A DNA stretch of 64,000 bases, taken from sequence record PP464953.1; one strand, given 5' to 3'. This document shows, piece after piece, positions 26,932 to 36,619 of the stretch. The notes below the pieces were generated by a model. That model searched no databases and was not told the origin of the DNA. It worked only from the letters and a program-made list of their open reading frames with translations. Source of the DNA: Escherichia phage ECP2309. The position numbers and the translations under genes were made by a program. The stretch's first letter is position 1, and each line of letters starts with the position of its first letter.

Positions 26932-27414
26932 TTAAACCCGGATACCTATTGTATACTCGGTGGATACCAATGTCAAATCTAAATTTAAAATTTCTTGCAT
27001 CTCATAGTATGCATCCAGAGTGAGATACATTTCCCCATCCTCTTCTACATACTTGTCGAGATGTTTGAGGCACTTTGGATAACTATCAAGGGCAGCTTTT
27101 AAGCACTCAAACTCCGTGCTGTTGATGAATCCTTCCATCTTGGCTACCCGTTCTGGAGTAACAATAGCACTGTAGTGAGATTTAGCTTCCTGAATGCAAT
27201 GGGTCCAAGCATCAACTTTCTCTTCAAAAAGCCCGAAGAATTTCTTTTTGGTAAGTTTCAGATTTTTTAAGTGCTTAAGCACTCGGTTGCCGATTACAGC
27301 CACATCACGAAACTTAAAGATAACTTTGTCGATATCCTCGCGGCCTATTTTCACAAAGCAGGCCTTGCACATCTCGGGAGCAGCGTAGCCTACCTTCCAC
27401 ATAAAATCTGACAT
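26932..27414 (-). CDS. hypothetical protein
   Basis: track ORF 160 aa. Confidence 0.55.
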   Translation of the reverse strand: MSDFMWKVGYAAPEMCKACFVKIGREDIDKVIFKFRDVAVIGNRVLKHLKNLKLTKKKFFGLFEEKVDAWTHCIQEAKSHYSAIVTPERVAKMEGFINSTEFECLKAALDSYPKCLKHLDKYVEEDGEMYLTLDAYYEMQEILNLDLTLVSTEYTIGIRV

Positions 27415-27426
27415 AACACTCCCTCC

Positions 27427-27825
27427 TTATTCTTGAAAAGCAACGATATCGTATGAGCTTGCAGACGAGCCGGGTGAAGAGTGGCTCCAGTCTAGATCAT
27501 CAGAATAGTCAGCATACTGTGCACCACTCCGCAGTTTATATTTTACCCACTTACCTGGTGCAGGGTTTTCACCACCTTCCCATACTTCCCAACCTTCTGG
27601 CAATCCGTCGTCCTGAGAGTTGTCGTCCACCTCACTAATAATCTTAGGGTTTGGAACCAAGATCCATGCAGGCTCTTCCTTCTTAGCAAGTGTCCACACA
27701 ATGTATGTGTCTGAGCAGGAGCATGTCAGTAAAGTATACCCACTGTTCAGAGCTTCTGCAAGCTCTTTTTCAGCATCTTCTAATTTGGTTAGGTGGTATT
27801 GGATAATCTTCACATCTGTAATCAT
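27427..27825 (-). CDS. hypothetical protein
   Basis: track ORF 132 aa. Confidence 0.55.
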   Translation of the reverse strand: MITDVKIIQYHLTKLEDAEKELAEALNSGYTLLTCSCSDTYIVWTLAKKEEPAWILVPNPKIISEVDDNSQDDGLPEGWEVWEGGENPAPGKWVKYKLRSGAQYADYSDDLDWSHSSPGSSASSYDIVAFQE

Positions 27826-28130
27826 CAGAAACCTCCTGTCTCTTCAGCAAATGCAGCCGCTGTTGTTGCTGCATCCAGATAGGACTCTAGTTCACGTGCT
27901 GCCCGTTTGTAAATCGAGTGGCGCATATCGTTCGGCAGTTGGTGAAAATCCACCTCTTCTCCGTTGTGGTAAACATGCACATCAGTAATCTGTCTAAATC
28001 CATAATAATCAACATCAGAATCACGGCACTCTGGATCTGGCAACTGGACAACTGCCTGAGCCTCTACAGTGAGCATATTGTCAAGTTCGAAATCGATTTC
28101 AAAAGTATATGGTTTATAACGCTTCATCAT
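27825..28130 (-). CDS. hypothetical protein
   Basis: track ORF 101 aa. Confidence 0.55.
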   Translation of the reverse strand: MMKRYKPYTFEIDFELDNMLTVEAQAVVQLPDPECRDSDVDYYGFRQITDVHVYHNGEEVDFHQLPNDMRHSIYKRAARELESYLDAATTAAAFAEETGGF

Positions 28131-28186
28131 TCGGTGTTCTCCTTGTCTTGTGTGAAGAGTAGACCTCTCCTTCGATATTTTAAATA

Positions 28187-29530
28187 TTACTCTAAATCTT
28201 CTTCTGAGTCAAGCCTATCTTTCACAACTAAGTTCTGGGCAAGTTTGTAATAACGAAAGCCCCCACCACCTTGCCAGTTTACAGATTTAGAAATACCACT
28301 TTGATCTTCACCATCGATCACTTTTTGCAAGCGTGGAATAATATGGGTATGACAATGATCTCCTAGCTCAACCGAGATCCAACGTCTTTTCATCTTGTGA
28401 GCTACAGCAGCAGTAGTTCCCGAACCGCCGAATGAATCCAATACTAAATCTCCTTCTCGCGTACACATTTCTAAAATCCGCTTCAAAAGCGCTTCAGGTT
28501 TTTTTCCATTTTTGAAACTAACGCCCCCTTCATTTGCTATTCCATTCCAACTAATGTCAGTCCAAACATCAGTTATTAGTTCAGCAGGCTGCATCTCACC
28601 GTCAATTTCCAAAAGCCTATTGGAATAAAAGACCATTTGCCTACCATTTGCGATATAAAAGCCTTCGACATCCTCATTTGGATGTACATAAACCTTATCC
28701 CTATCTTTCTTTGACTTCTCGATAGTTTCTTTTCTCTTTATTTTGGCACCACCGCCAATTGCAACGGATTGAAATACACGTTCTGCATTATCAATTGCAA
28801 ATTGTGCTAATTCATAATCAAATGTATCAGGCAGTTTTTTCTTGGCTTCTTTTGTATCTTTATAGCCATTGGCCTTTGCAAACGCATCGGCAATACCGCA
28901 CCACGTCCAACTTTTATAATGGTCATCTGGGTTTAATAGATATTTGTTATATCCCGTATCATACTCTTTAGGTATATAGATTTTGTTAAGTGGTTTCTTG
29001 GTACGATCTTTTGCATATACAAGCAAAAAGTTTGCTGTGGAGAAAACTGTAGTTCCTGTTGCTTTAAAGCCTGAAGGGCAATTTGTAGTCATCGATATGG
29101 TATTTAACTGATTTGCACGACCAAAAATCTCGTCCATCAAGACTTTTAAATAAGCCATTTCGCAGTCATCTAAGTGAACGAATATCACTCCATCATCGCT
29201 TAGCAGATTACGAATTATTTCTAATCTGTCCCGCATTAAGCCCAGCCAAATGGAGTGCTCCAGGCTATCATCGTAGTGCTCAAAATCCCTTCCGGTATTG
29301 AATGGCGGGTCTATGTAAACACACTTCACTTTGCCTGCATACTCTTGCTCTAGTGCCTTCAATGCCAGTAAGTTATCTCCAAAAATCAGTTTATTATCAA
29401 AAATATCGTTTTCGGTCACCTTTTTACTGGCGTGATAAGACTTGCTCGAATCTTCTAACAAAATGTGAGGCTCTAGCTTTTTGCGCTCGTTCTTACCTAT
29501 CCAGGTAAGTTCTAATTTGGTTTTACTCAT
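28187..29530 (-). CDS. DNA N6-adenine/N4-cytosine methyltransferase (beta class, Mod-like)
   Basis: 447 aa; catalytic motif IV DPPF precedes AdoMet motif I FGGSGTT, the beta-class order. Confidence 0.85.
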   Translation of the reverse strand: MSKTKLELTWIGKNERKKLEPHILLEDSSKSYHASKKVTENDIFDNKLIFGDNLLALKALEQEYAGKVKCVYIDPPFNTGRDFEHYDDSLEHSIWLGLMRDRLEIIRNLLSDDGVIFVHLDDCEMAYLKVLMDEIFGRANQLNTISMTTNCPSGFKATGTTVFSTANFLLVYAKDRTKKPLNKIYIPKEYDTGYNKYLLNPDDHYKSWTWCGIADAFAKANGYKDTKEAKKKLPDTFDYELAQFAIDNAERVFQSVAIGGGAKIKRKETIEKSKKDRDKVYVHPNEDVEGFYIANGRQMVFYSNRLLEIDGEMQPAELITDVWTDISWNGIANEGGVSFKNGKKPEALLKRILEMCTREGDLVLDSFGGSGTTAAVAHKMKRRWISVELGDHCHTHIIPRLQKVIDGEDQSGISKSVNWQGGGGFRYYKLAQNLVVKDRLDSEEDLE

Positions 29531-29585
29531 CGTTTGGTGCTCTCCTTAATTTTTGTGGGGAGGAGTGCCTCCCCTTTATACTCAC

Positions 29586-29614
29586 ATCTTACTACTCAAG
29601 GTCTTCAGAGTCAA
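29586..29614 (-). promoter_or_regulatory. sigma70-like promoter TTGACT-N17-TAAGAT for the methyltransferase gene
   Basis: followed by hairpin GGGGAGG-AGTG-CCTCCCC (29557-29574) and SD AAGGAGA. Confidence 0.55.
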
Positions 29615-29933
29615 GCTCAAAAAGAATCAAACTGTGCATGCCTGCAGAGAGATCAACACACCCTGCAACAATAAGGGTTTGATAGTAAGGTTCAGCACCC
29701 TCAATATCTTCGTTAAAATCCACAACAAGGTAGTCACCTTTGTTAAAGGTGTATTTGTCCGATGTAAACGCAAAACCTGCCCAGTCACCTACTGCAGGAT
29801 CTTTATCAGTCACCTTTGTTAGCAGTAGATCTTTTTCACGAGATCTTTTAGTAAAATCGTGAATCACAACATCCTTCTCTTCAGGAGTCGGATTGCCACA
29901 CACGTAGTTAACGATATTTCTCCACAAACTCAT
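29592..29933 (-). CDS. hypothetical protein
   Basis: track ORF 113 aa. Confidence 0.55.
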   Translation of the reverse strand: MSLWRNIVNYVCGNPTPEEKDVVIHDFTKRSREKDLLLTKVTDKDPAVGDWAGFAFTSDKYTFNKGDYLVVDFNEDIEGAEPYYQTLIVAGCVDLSAGMHSLILFELDSEDLE

Positions 29934-31300
29934 ACGTCCCCCTTTTCTGCTCTAGTTTCAAAATCTTTCCTGACTTTCTCGTCTAAGCCAGGAAAAGTTG
30001 TATTATAAAACTCTACGACTCTCGGGTCAACAATAATATCCACCTCTCTTAATGGACGCAACAAGTTTATTCCTTGTATCGTCTTAACCCGACTCAAGGC
30101 AACATACGTCATTCCGGGAGAGAAAGCTCCGTTCTTTCCGAGGTCCAGGTTGTAACAATCTAGCGTAAGTCCTTGACTTTTATGTGATGTTACTGCGTAC
30201 CCTGATTTCAAAGGGAGTTGCTCATAAGACCCGATCACAACCCTCTCTATGAACTTCTCCATCTTCCTTTCGGCAATATTGTACCTCTGGGAAGGTTTGT
30301 ACTCGTTATTCTCCCACAATCTCGGCTCAATTTCAACCTGTGCCCCGTCTTCCAGCTCAACTACTACAGATTTGGTCTTGAATTTTACCACTGTGGCGCG
30401 TGTCCCGTTGACATAGTACGGAACTTTGTGGGTAGGGTCAACATCGTTTGAGGTTATCATAACCTTCATCCCTATCTTCAGCCTCATTTCCTGCTCCACA
30501 GGCAGTGTGGAAGGGAACTTACCTTTCATTTTACCAATGTAGGTCTTCTCTGGGGCCTTGATGGCATCATAGAAACGTCTGTTCACCTCCTCTGCTTGCT
30601 TATTGGTGGCACAGATGGTCAAGGCATCTGTTGGGACACCACCATGATAGCAACGAGTGTTAAGCTCTGCTACAACCTCTTTTATGCGACGACCTTCACG
30701 AACACAGTTCAACATTGTGGCGAAGCGAACAGATTCCTGACGGAACTGGTCTACTAAGGCTATATTGTGAAGATTAAGATCCTCCCAAGATTTTGTATAG
30801 CAACACAGATCTGTGTGGTAGAAGTTGAAGTAGGCCTCCTTCTCCATAGAAGAGACAACTGGAGGTGCTTGGTAGAAGTCTCCAAACAATAACACCTGAA
30901 TGCCTCCGAAAGGCTTGTCATTTTTCCGAAGAAAGCGGAGTTTTCTATCCATCTCTATGAACTTGTCAGCACGGATCATGGAGATTTCATCGATAATTAG
31001 GATGGTAAATGCCTTGCTTTTCAGAGGCTTTGCTGTTTTTGCCCTTATTGCTGTCCAGTCTGACTCCATGCTCACACCTGCGGCAAGATCGAAAGTTCGG
31101 TGAGCTGTTGCTCCATTAACGTTTAAAGCGGCTACCCCTGTCGGGGCAACCGTTATGCAAGAGTCTCCATACATGGACTGGATTATGTTGATAAGATATG
31201 TCTTCCCTGTTCCACCAGGTCCACTTACGAAGACATTCTCACCGCTCATGATTGCAACAAGGGCAGCATCTGTGCCTACATCGTACTGCCCTTTTTCCAT
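29930..31300 (-). CDS. Dda/Pif1/RecD-like SF1 DNA helicase
   Basis: 456 aa; Walker A GPGGTGKT; ...VTSHKSQGLTLD near the C-terminus. Confidence 0.85.
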   Translation of the reverse strand: MEKGQYDVGTDAALVAIMSGENVFVSGPGGTGKTYLINIIQSMYGDSCITVAPTGVAALNVNGATAHRTFDLAAGVSMESDWTAIRAKTAKPLKSKAFTILIIDEISMIRADKFIEMDRKLRFLRKNDKPFGGIQVLLFGDFYQAPPVVSSMEKEAYFNFYHTDLCCYTKSWEDLNLHNIALVDQFRQESVRFATMLNCVREGRRIKEVVAELNTRCYHGGVPTDALTICATNKQAEEVNRRFYDAIKAPEKTYIGKMKGKFPSTLPVEQEMRLKIGMKVMITSNDVDPTHKVPYYVNGTRATVVKFKTKSVVVELEDGAQVEIEPRLWENNEYKPSQRYNIAERKMEKFIERVVIGSYEQLPLKSGYAVTSHKSQGLTLDCYNLDLGKNGAFSPGMTYVALSRVKTIQGINLLRPLREVDIIVDPRVVEFYNTTFPGLDEKVRKDFETRAEKGDV

Positions 31301-32505
31301 TACGCCTCCTCGTAGATAATGTCGATAGTGTTACCGTCGCGGTCAACCACGTACTCAATTGGGTCGCCATCTTTGCGTGATTCTGGAGCTACTACGATTT
31401 CGTAGCGGCATGCACGGCACTTGGCACTGTTGTGTTGGTAAGGCACACTAACTACATCAGCAGGGTCAACCATAACCGTCATCACAGTTCCATAGCTCTT
31501 TGCATACTCTTTGCTGGCACAGTGCAGGCCATAAGAGCATGCAGCTTCCGGATCATCCTCTACAAAGTTACGGGGCATGGATACAAAAGCCCCCTGGTAT
31601 TGTGGGACTTTACCACTGTGCCAATCCACCCACTTGTCGCCGTTAAACTGAACCCCTTTGTAGCAAATGATTCGACCATCTTCTGCAATCTGAATGTCGT
31701 TTGCCTGCATAAAATCGTAGAGCATGTTTACAGATTTTGCAGAAGGATTGCGTAGCAGGCGAACGAGGAATTTCACATAGCGGTCATCCAGTGTTCCGTC
31801 TGCATAATCTTTCTCAATTTTCTTTGCAATGGTGGATCGCATCTCTACACCGTAGTAGTAGAGCTTACCATCTTTCATGATCAGGTTGTCTGCAAGTGTG
31901 GTGAACTCATTCTTGCGTTCCAGCCAGACAAGGATTTCACCAATTGCCTCGTCATATTCCTGAACAGAGATATGTTCGAAGACTTTCTGGTAAACTTCCT
32001 CGCTTTCACTGCGGCGAATTTCAAAAATACCTTCGTTGCAGGTGATCTGGAGGAGTTCCCCGCAAATAACCACCAAAGGCTCGATGCTTCGGGTCTGTTG
32101 CTGAGACACACTGCTCACCACCTCCAGCACCGGGTCTTTGACTTCTACTAAAGGTTCTTCTGACTTGATTGCTACCCCAGTGAACCCTACACCGTGAACA
32201 ACACACAGCGGATATACCACGCCCCAACGTTTAACGGAACCTTCTCCTAAATCTAAGATCATGGCGTACTTACCGTTATCTTCCAGCCCATATCGAAATA
32301 AACGGGCCTCTTCACGGGTTTCAAAATCCTCACGGGTGTAGCAGACGCTGTCACGGTCAGGATCGAACAACTCTGGGGCACCTACTGCCAGTGTCCAGGT
32401 TGTGTTACCTTTCTCAATAGCGCATGTGAAACCCTTCTTCTCAAGCTCTGCACGGCGGTCACGTGCTTCTTTACGAGTTTTGAAATGTTCGTAGATGAAA
32501 ATCAT
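31300..32505 (-). CDS. hypothetical protein with tandem N-terminal ~45-aa repeat
   Basis: track ORF trimmed to M13 with SD AAGGAG 8 nt upstream; FKTRKEARDRRAELEKKGF and FETREEARLFRYGLEDNGK repeat. Confidence 0.6.
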   Translation of the reverse strand: MIFIYEHFKTRKEARDRRAELEKKGFTCAIEKGNTTWTLAVGAPELFDPDRDSVCYTREDFETREEARLFRYGLEDNGKYAMILDLGEGSVKRWGVVYPLCVVHGVGFTGVAIKSEEPLVEVKDPVLEVVSSVSQQQTRSIEPLVVICGELLQITCNEGIFEIRRSESEEVYQKVFEHISVQEYDEAIGEILVWLERKNEFTTLADNLIMKDGKLYYYGVEMRSTIAKKIEKDYADGTLDDRYVKFLVRLLRNPSAKSVNMLYDFMQANDIQIAEDGRIICYKGVQFNGDKWVDWHSGKVPQYQGAFVSMPRNFVEDDPEAACSYGLHCASKEYAKSYGTVMTVMVDPADVVSVPYQHNSAKCRACRYEIVVAPESRKDGDPIEYVVDRDGNTIDIIYEEA

Positions 32506-32515
32506 CTTGGTCTCC

Positions 32516-34498
32516 TTATTTGATGTTATTCTTTGTATCAATCAGTTCACGGTATTCAATCATAGCAGGAGTGTCCCAATATTTCAAGCCTACATGCTTC
32601 AAAAGTGGATATTTCTTTTCCAATCTTGCAATATAGGCCTTCCCGCACTTAACCCGGTTGGCGATTAAGATTTTGGCACGATGATTTAGCTCACCGTACT
32701 TCCACGTGGTGCTACCTTCCCACTTGTGAAAATGTGGCCGATAACTTCCAAAATCCTGCATGGGGATAATTTTACCTAACTGTCTGTACAGGCTGTCATA
32801 TGAAGTTTCATTTGCTGCGCGAGTTAGTAAGAATTTCCAAGCATCCTCTTTCAACAAATGTTCCACATTCTTCTCTGTAACATATTGGCAATCAGGATCA
32901 GTCCAAAGCAGACGAGATTCCGACACCAGGTACAGATCTTCCCCTTCAGGAATCTGGAGTGCCGCACGCACACGGTCATAATCTTGCTGGTAGATGTTGC
33001 TCATCTGCCCTAGCCAACAACTTCCGCGTTGGATATCCCCCTCATACGGTATGCAGTGCTTAATCTTCCTGAACTCTGCCTTAGTAATACGCTCACGCCG
33101 GAAGTAACCATCCTTCTCAAGTTTTTTAACCCAATAGCCTGGTTCGTAACGGGTTTTGGTTTCACCTTTCTTCGTAGGTCGGCGTGGAAGCTCCGATAAC
33201 AATTTGACCGTATCTGCAAAAAACGGATGGTGTGCCGCCTCTTTAAACTCTTTCACCAGATCCGTGTTACGGCAATAGAAAACGTTGCGTCCGGTAATCT
33301 CGCTTAAGTAGTTACACTTATTCCGGTTATATTTGCCGTCTCCGTCGTTAAATACTAAATAAACTCCCCGTAAGAATTCTACCTTTCCGTAGCAGGCGTA
33401 ACCTATGCGGCCTTTATTTAAGCCGCCAGCGAAGATCTCGCAGTCCCCCAAATTTCCTAGCCCTGTTTCTTCCCAGCGGTCATACATAAAATTCTTACCG
33501 AAGATGTGCCCGAACACTCCACTGTTCTTCATCATCTCGCGTGCTTCTGAGGATGTTTTTGCTGTCTCCAGTTCTGCAACAACTTCTGCTCCACGAAGGC
33601 GAATGCCTTCTTTGACAAAAGCTTCCAAACGCTCTTGGAATCCACCATCGTCGTGACCTTCTATGGTCCATTCACGCCCTGGGTTAATATTGCAATCTCC
33701 GATAGGGATCTCTACACAAATTGCAGGATAATCTATTAGTGTCTCCAGGAACTTAGAACGGTAAGGTTGGTGACCCATTACCACACGACTCTCGTCAGAG
33801 CTGGTATAACCCTTCAGGATGGTCATTTTCCAACCATCCTTCTCGTAGTGATACTGCGCCTCAACCTTGTCACCTTCCAGCATCTTACTGGTCATAGGGT
33901 CGGTAACGGTAAACGGAAACTTTGCATAGCGTAGGCATGACGCAATAGCAGTGCGATATTTCAGGACATGCTCTTTCTTAACATGGAACTGAACTTTTAC
34001 CCCGTTGTGCTCTTCAGTCTTCCGCTCGCGGATCTTGGTAACGTTTGGGATACCCTGATCCAAGAACAATAGATATGTGCTTTCAACACCATTGTGCACA
34101 CTGATAACATCGAAAGTGTCCACCATGCTGAACGGAGCCTTTGAACCAACACCTTTATTACCTACCAGAGCGTTGCTGTTGCGCTTGGTTGACTCCCCGA
34201 GGTTCATGAAAGTGTTGCGGACCATCTCTTCTGACATGCCCAATCCAACGTCCTGCACAAAGAAGTATGGTTCAAGGTCTGTAGGGGAGTGAATGATGAT
34301 CGGTACATCACCCCGTCCAGACTCAACATGAGAGTCCACAGCATTGAAGATTGGTTCACGGCAGCTTGCCAGCACCTTATCTTCGTAAATCCCTTTAATG
34401 ATTAGCCCAAAAGTCTCTTTGTTCAGAGAAATTGAGCCCCTGGTGACCTCCATATTTCCGGTTAGTACTGCTTTAGTTTCATTACTGTTTACAATCAT
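32516..34498 (-). CDS. GHKL-superfamily (Hsp90/MORC-type) ATPase fusion protein
   Basis: 660 aa; N-box-like REPIFNAVDS, G1 DVGLGMS, G2 GNKGVGSKAPF; LIIKGIYEDK resembles the Hsp90 signature; C-terminal ~500 aa unassigned. Confidence 0.6.
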   Translation of the reverse strand: MIVNSNETKAVLTGNMEVTRGSISLNKETFGLIIKGIYEDKVLASCREPIFNAVDSHVESGRGDVPIIIHSPTDLEPYFFVQDVGLGMSEEMVRNTFMNLGESTKRNSNALVGNKGVGSKAPFSMVDTFDVISVHNGVESTYLLFLDQGIPNVTKIRERKTEEHNGVKVQFHVKKEHVLKYRTAIASCLRYAKFPFTVTDPMTSKMLEGDKVEAQYHYEKDGWKMTILKGYTSSDESRVVMGHQPYRSKFLETLIDYPAICVEIPIGDCNINPGREWTIEGHDDGGFQERLEAFVKEGIRLRGAEVVAELETAKTSSEAREMMKNSGVFGHIFGKNFMYDRWEETGLGNLGDCEIFAGGLNKGRIGYACYGKVEFLRGVYLVFNDGDGKYNRNKCNYLSEITGRNVFYCRNTDLVKEFKEAAHHPFFADTVKLLSELPRRPTKKGETKTRYEPGYWVKKLEKDGYFRRERITKAEFRKIKHCIPYEGDIQRGSCWLGQMSNIYQQDYDRVRAALQIPEGEDLYLVSESRLLWTDPDCQYVTEKNVEHLLKEDAWKFLLTRAANETSYDSLYRQLGKIIPMQDFGSYRPHFHKWEGSTTWKYGELNHRAKILIANRVKCGKAYIARLEKKYPLLKHVGLKYWDTPAMIEYRELIDTKNNIK

Positions 34499-34995
34499 TT
34501 ATTGCGCTCCTTGTAGTAGATATGACTCCCGAACTGAGCTGTCCTCTGCATCTTTTTTGCCCATTTCGGTCGTACTTTGGTTGTATGGTAGTGTGTTGCT
34601 CCACCTGTTATGTCCATAGCCATGTATGCAACATGGTTGTTATTATAGACCTTTAGAAGCATCTTTGCAAGACTTTTAGCGTGATCCCATGAATCTTTTT
34701 CTGTCACCTTAAAAGTTTTGCCGTGGTTTGTCCACGAAAACTGGTTAGGTTGGTAGACAATCTTTCTTATGGTGTCTGGGTATTTGGGGTGAGATTTCCT
34801 GTTTAGGGTGGCAAACCCAGATGCCAGCATACCCATCGTGCCATCCCCTCTAGCTTCCCTGTAGATATTGCATGCTAGAATGTTTTCCTTAGTATCTGAT
34901 GGCTTGCAAGTATGGTATACTTTTTGTTTTGGTGCTGCAACAACAGGCAGCGATAAAAATGCGCTCAAAATAATAGCAAAGATCTTAATTTTCAC
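34495..34995 (-). CDS. secreted cell-wall hydrolase, SleB/CwlJ-like
   Basis: GTG start after SD GGAG; signal-like MKIKIFAIILSAFLSLPVVAA; NIYREARGDG...YPDTIRKIVYQPNQFSW matches the SleB family pattern. Confidence 0.65.
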   Translation of the reverse strand: MKIKIFAIILSAFLSLPVVAAPKQKVYHTCKPSDTKENILACNIYREARGDGTMGMLASGFATLNRKSHPKYPDTIRKIVYQPNQFSWTNHGKTFKVTEKDSWDHAKSLAKMLLKVYNNNHVAYMAMDITGGATHYHTTKVRPKWAKKMQRTAQFGSHIYYKERNK

Positions 34996-34997
34996 AA

Positions 34998-35031
34998 TAA
35001 CTCCAAATAGAAAATCCCCGCCGAAGCGGGG
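34998..35031 (-). terminator. rho-independent terminator
   Basis: CCCCGC-CGAA-GCGGGG followed on minus strand by ATTTTCTATTT; same hairpin recurs at 61158-61173. Confidence 0.6.
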
Positions 35032-35044
35032 GAGGTCTTAGAAA

Positions 35045-35425
35045 TTAATCGTAGTGTGCCAAAATCTCTCCATCGTTGCAAGTTCCCTCTACAAAGTTAT
35101 GAAGATTCATGCACTCATCTTGATAGAAGAATTTACCGCTTTTCAGCCGTAAGCCAAACAACTCCGCATCTCCACGATGGCAAGCCTCTACAAGTTCATA
35201 GATTTCATACGGCAACTCTCCGTCGTCATGGAAGAACCCAGCCTTATCGTTGACATAGATGAAGAAATAATCACTGCTGTCGCAAGCGTCCAATATTTTA
35301 AACCAGATTTCATCTACATCTTTTTCTCGGATATCGATCACGCAAGTGGAGCTGCATTCGTACTCCTTCTCCGGCTCCTCGGTCAATACCACCAGGTAGT
35401 TTCCCCGCTTACCTACTTTAGCCAT
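35045..35425 (-). CDS. hypothetical acidic protein
   Basis: track ORF 126 aa. Confidence 0.55.
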   Translation of the reverse strand: MAKVGKRGNYLVVLTEEPEKEYECSSTCVIDIREKDVDEIWFKILDACDSSDYFFIYVNDKAGFFHDDGELPYEIYELVEACHRGDAELFGLRLKSGKFFYQDECMNLHNFVEGTCNDGEILAHYD

Positions 35426-35434
35426 ACAACCTCC

Positions 35435-36619
35435 TTAAGCTTTAGCCAAAATGGCGCTAAACTCTTCACCAAACTCTTTTACAATCTTCATCAGGTTTGG
35501 GTATGCTTTGATCAGCTGAGCAACGATCTTGTCACGACCTTTACCGATAAGCAAGGCATTTCCTAAGGCATTAGGTTTCATCATCGCCATAAAGACTGAA
35601 AATACAAAATCTCGGTTCTCGTCCTTGAAGTTTTCCCAAAGGAAATCGAGAAAGTTTGCCACACAGCTAACAAGATCTTCGTCGGAGATACTTGCATTTT
35701 CCATCATATTACGAATAGCGATGCAACCTTCAGATCCAAGAATCCACAAGATGTCTGGCTGTTTAGGACCTACGTATTCTTTGCAACCTCCTGCCATAAT
35801 CCGACCGATTTCCGGTAAGTTGCGTTTCTTGGTGTGGTAAGTCCAGATCTCTACCGCTGCAGTGTGACCAATAGCACCTTGCAGAAGAACACGGGCCATA
35901 GCGTCAGAAATAATACCGCTGTCAAAATCGTGCAAGATATCAGATGCAGCAACCCAAGATCGCGGTGTGGCAAAAGATGGACAATTAATCTCAGCCATGG
36001 CCTCATAATTATCGATAGCTGATGGAACTCTTTTCAGATATCCAATTACAGAGGAGTGCACCCCATTAAGGAATGCGTAGTCCTCAATAAACACCTCTGC
36101 ATTGCTTGTAACCTCTACAATGATAAAACGGTTAGCCAGAGGGGCTTCGAGCGCCGAAAGAACCGCACCATCTGTAGAACGGTTACCAGCAGCCACAAAA
36201 ACAGACCCCTTAGGGAATGCATAAGTACCGCACTTGTGGTCAAGCATAATTTGCATTGCAACCTTTTGTAGGTAGTTATCTGCATGAGTGAGCTCATCCA
36301 GAAAGATAATTCCGCTCCAGTCAGGATCCGCAGGCCAAAATTCTGGAATTGCAAACACTGTACGTGTAGTTCCATCCGCTTCTACAGGGATAGGTAGCCC
36401 AGATAAGTCGGCAGGATCTTTATCTGACAGCCGCACGTCAACAAGGTTGTCATCTCGCTCACCGAACATATTATCAGCGATCTGCTTCATCACCTGGCTT
36501 TTACCTACACCCATTGGTCCCAAAATTAGGACAGATCGGCTATGACGTTGGGCAAACTGAATAATAGCTGGCAACTCACGGACAGTGATTTGACCACTTT
36601 CGAATACGTTTCTTGACAT
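35435..36619 (-). CDS. MoxR-type AAA+ ATPase (CobS-like)
   Basis: 394 aa; Walker A GPMGVGKS; Walker B IIFLDELTHAD. Confidence 0.75.
   Translation of the reverse strand: MSRNVFESGQITVRELPAIIQFAQRHSRSVLILGPMGVGKSQVMKQIADNMFGERDDNLVDVRLSDKDPADLSGLPIPVEADGTTRTVFAIPEFWPADPDWSGIIFLDELTHADNYLQKVAMQIMLDHKCGTYAFPKGSVFVAAGNRSTDGAVLSALEAPLANRFIIVEVTSNAEVFIEDYAFLNGVHSSVIGYLKRVPSAIDNYEAMAEINCPSFATPRSWVAASDILHDFDSGIISDAMARVLLQGAIGHTAAVEIWTYHTKKRNLPEIGRIMAGGCKEYVGPKQPDILWILGSEGCIAIRNMMENASISDEDLVSCVANFLDFLWENFKDENRDFVFSVFMAMMKPNALGNALLIGKGRDKIVAQLIKAYPNLMKIVKEFGEEFSAILAKA

Noticed and set aside
32516-34498. Interpreting the GHKL protein as a phage topoisomerase II ATPase subunit
   Set aside because: No TOPRIM motif (no EGDSA / DxD block) and no GyrA-like partner gene in the window; the boxes look more Hsp90/MORC-like than GyrB-like
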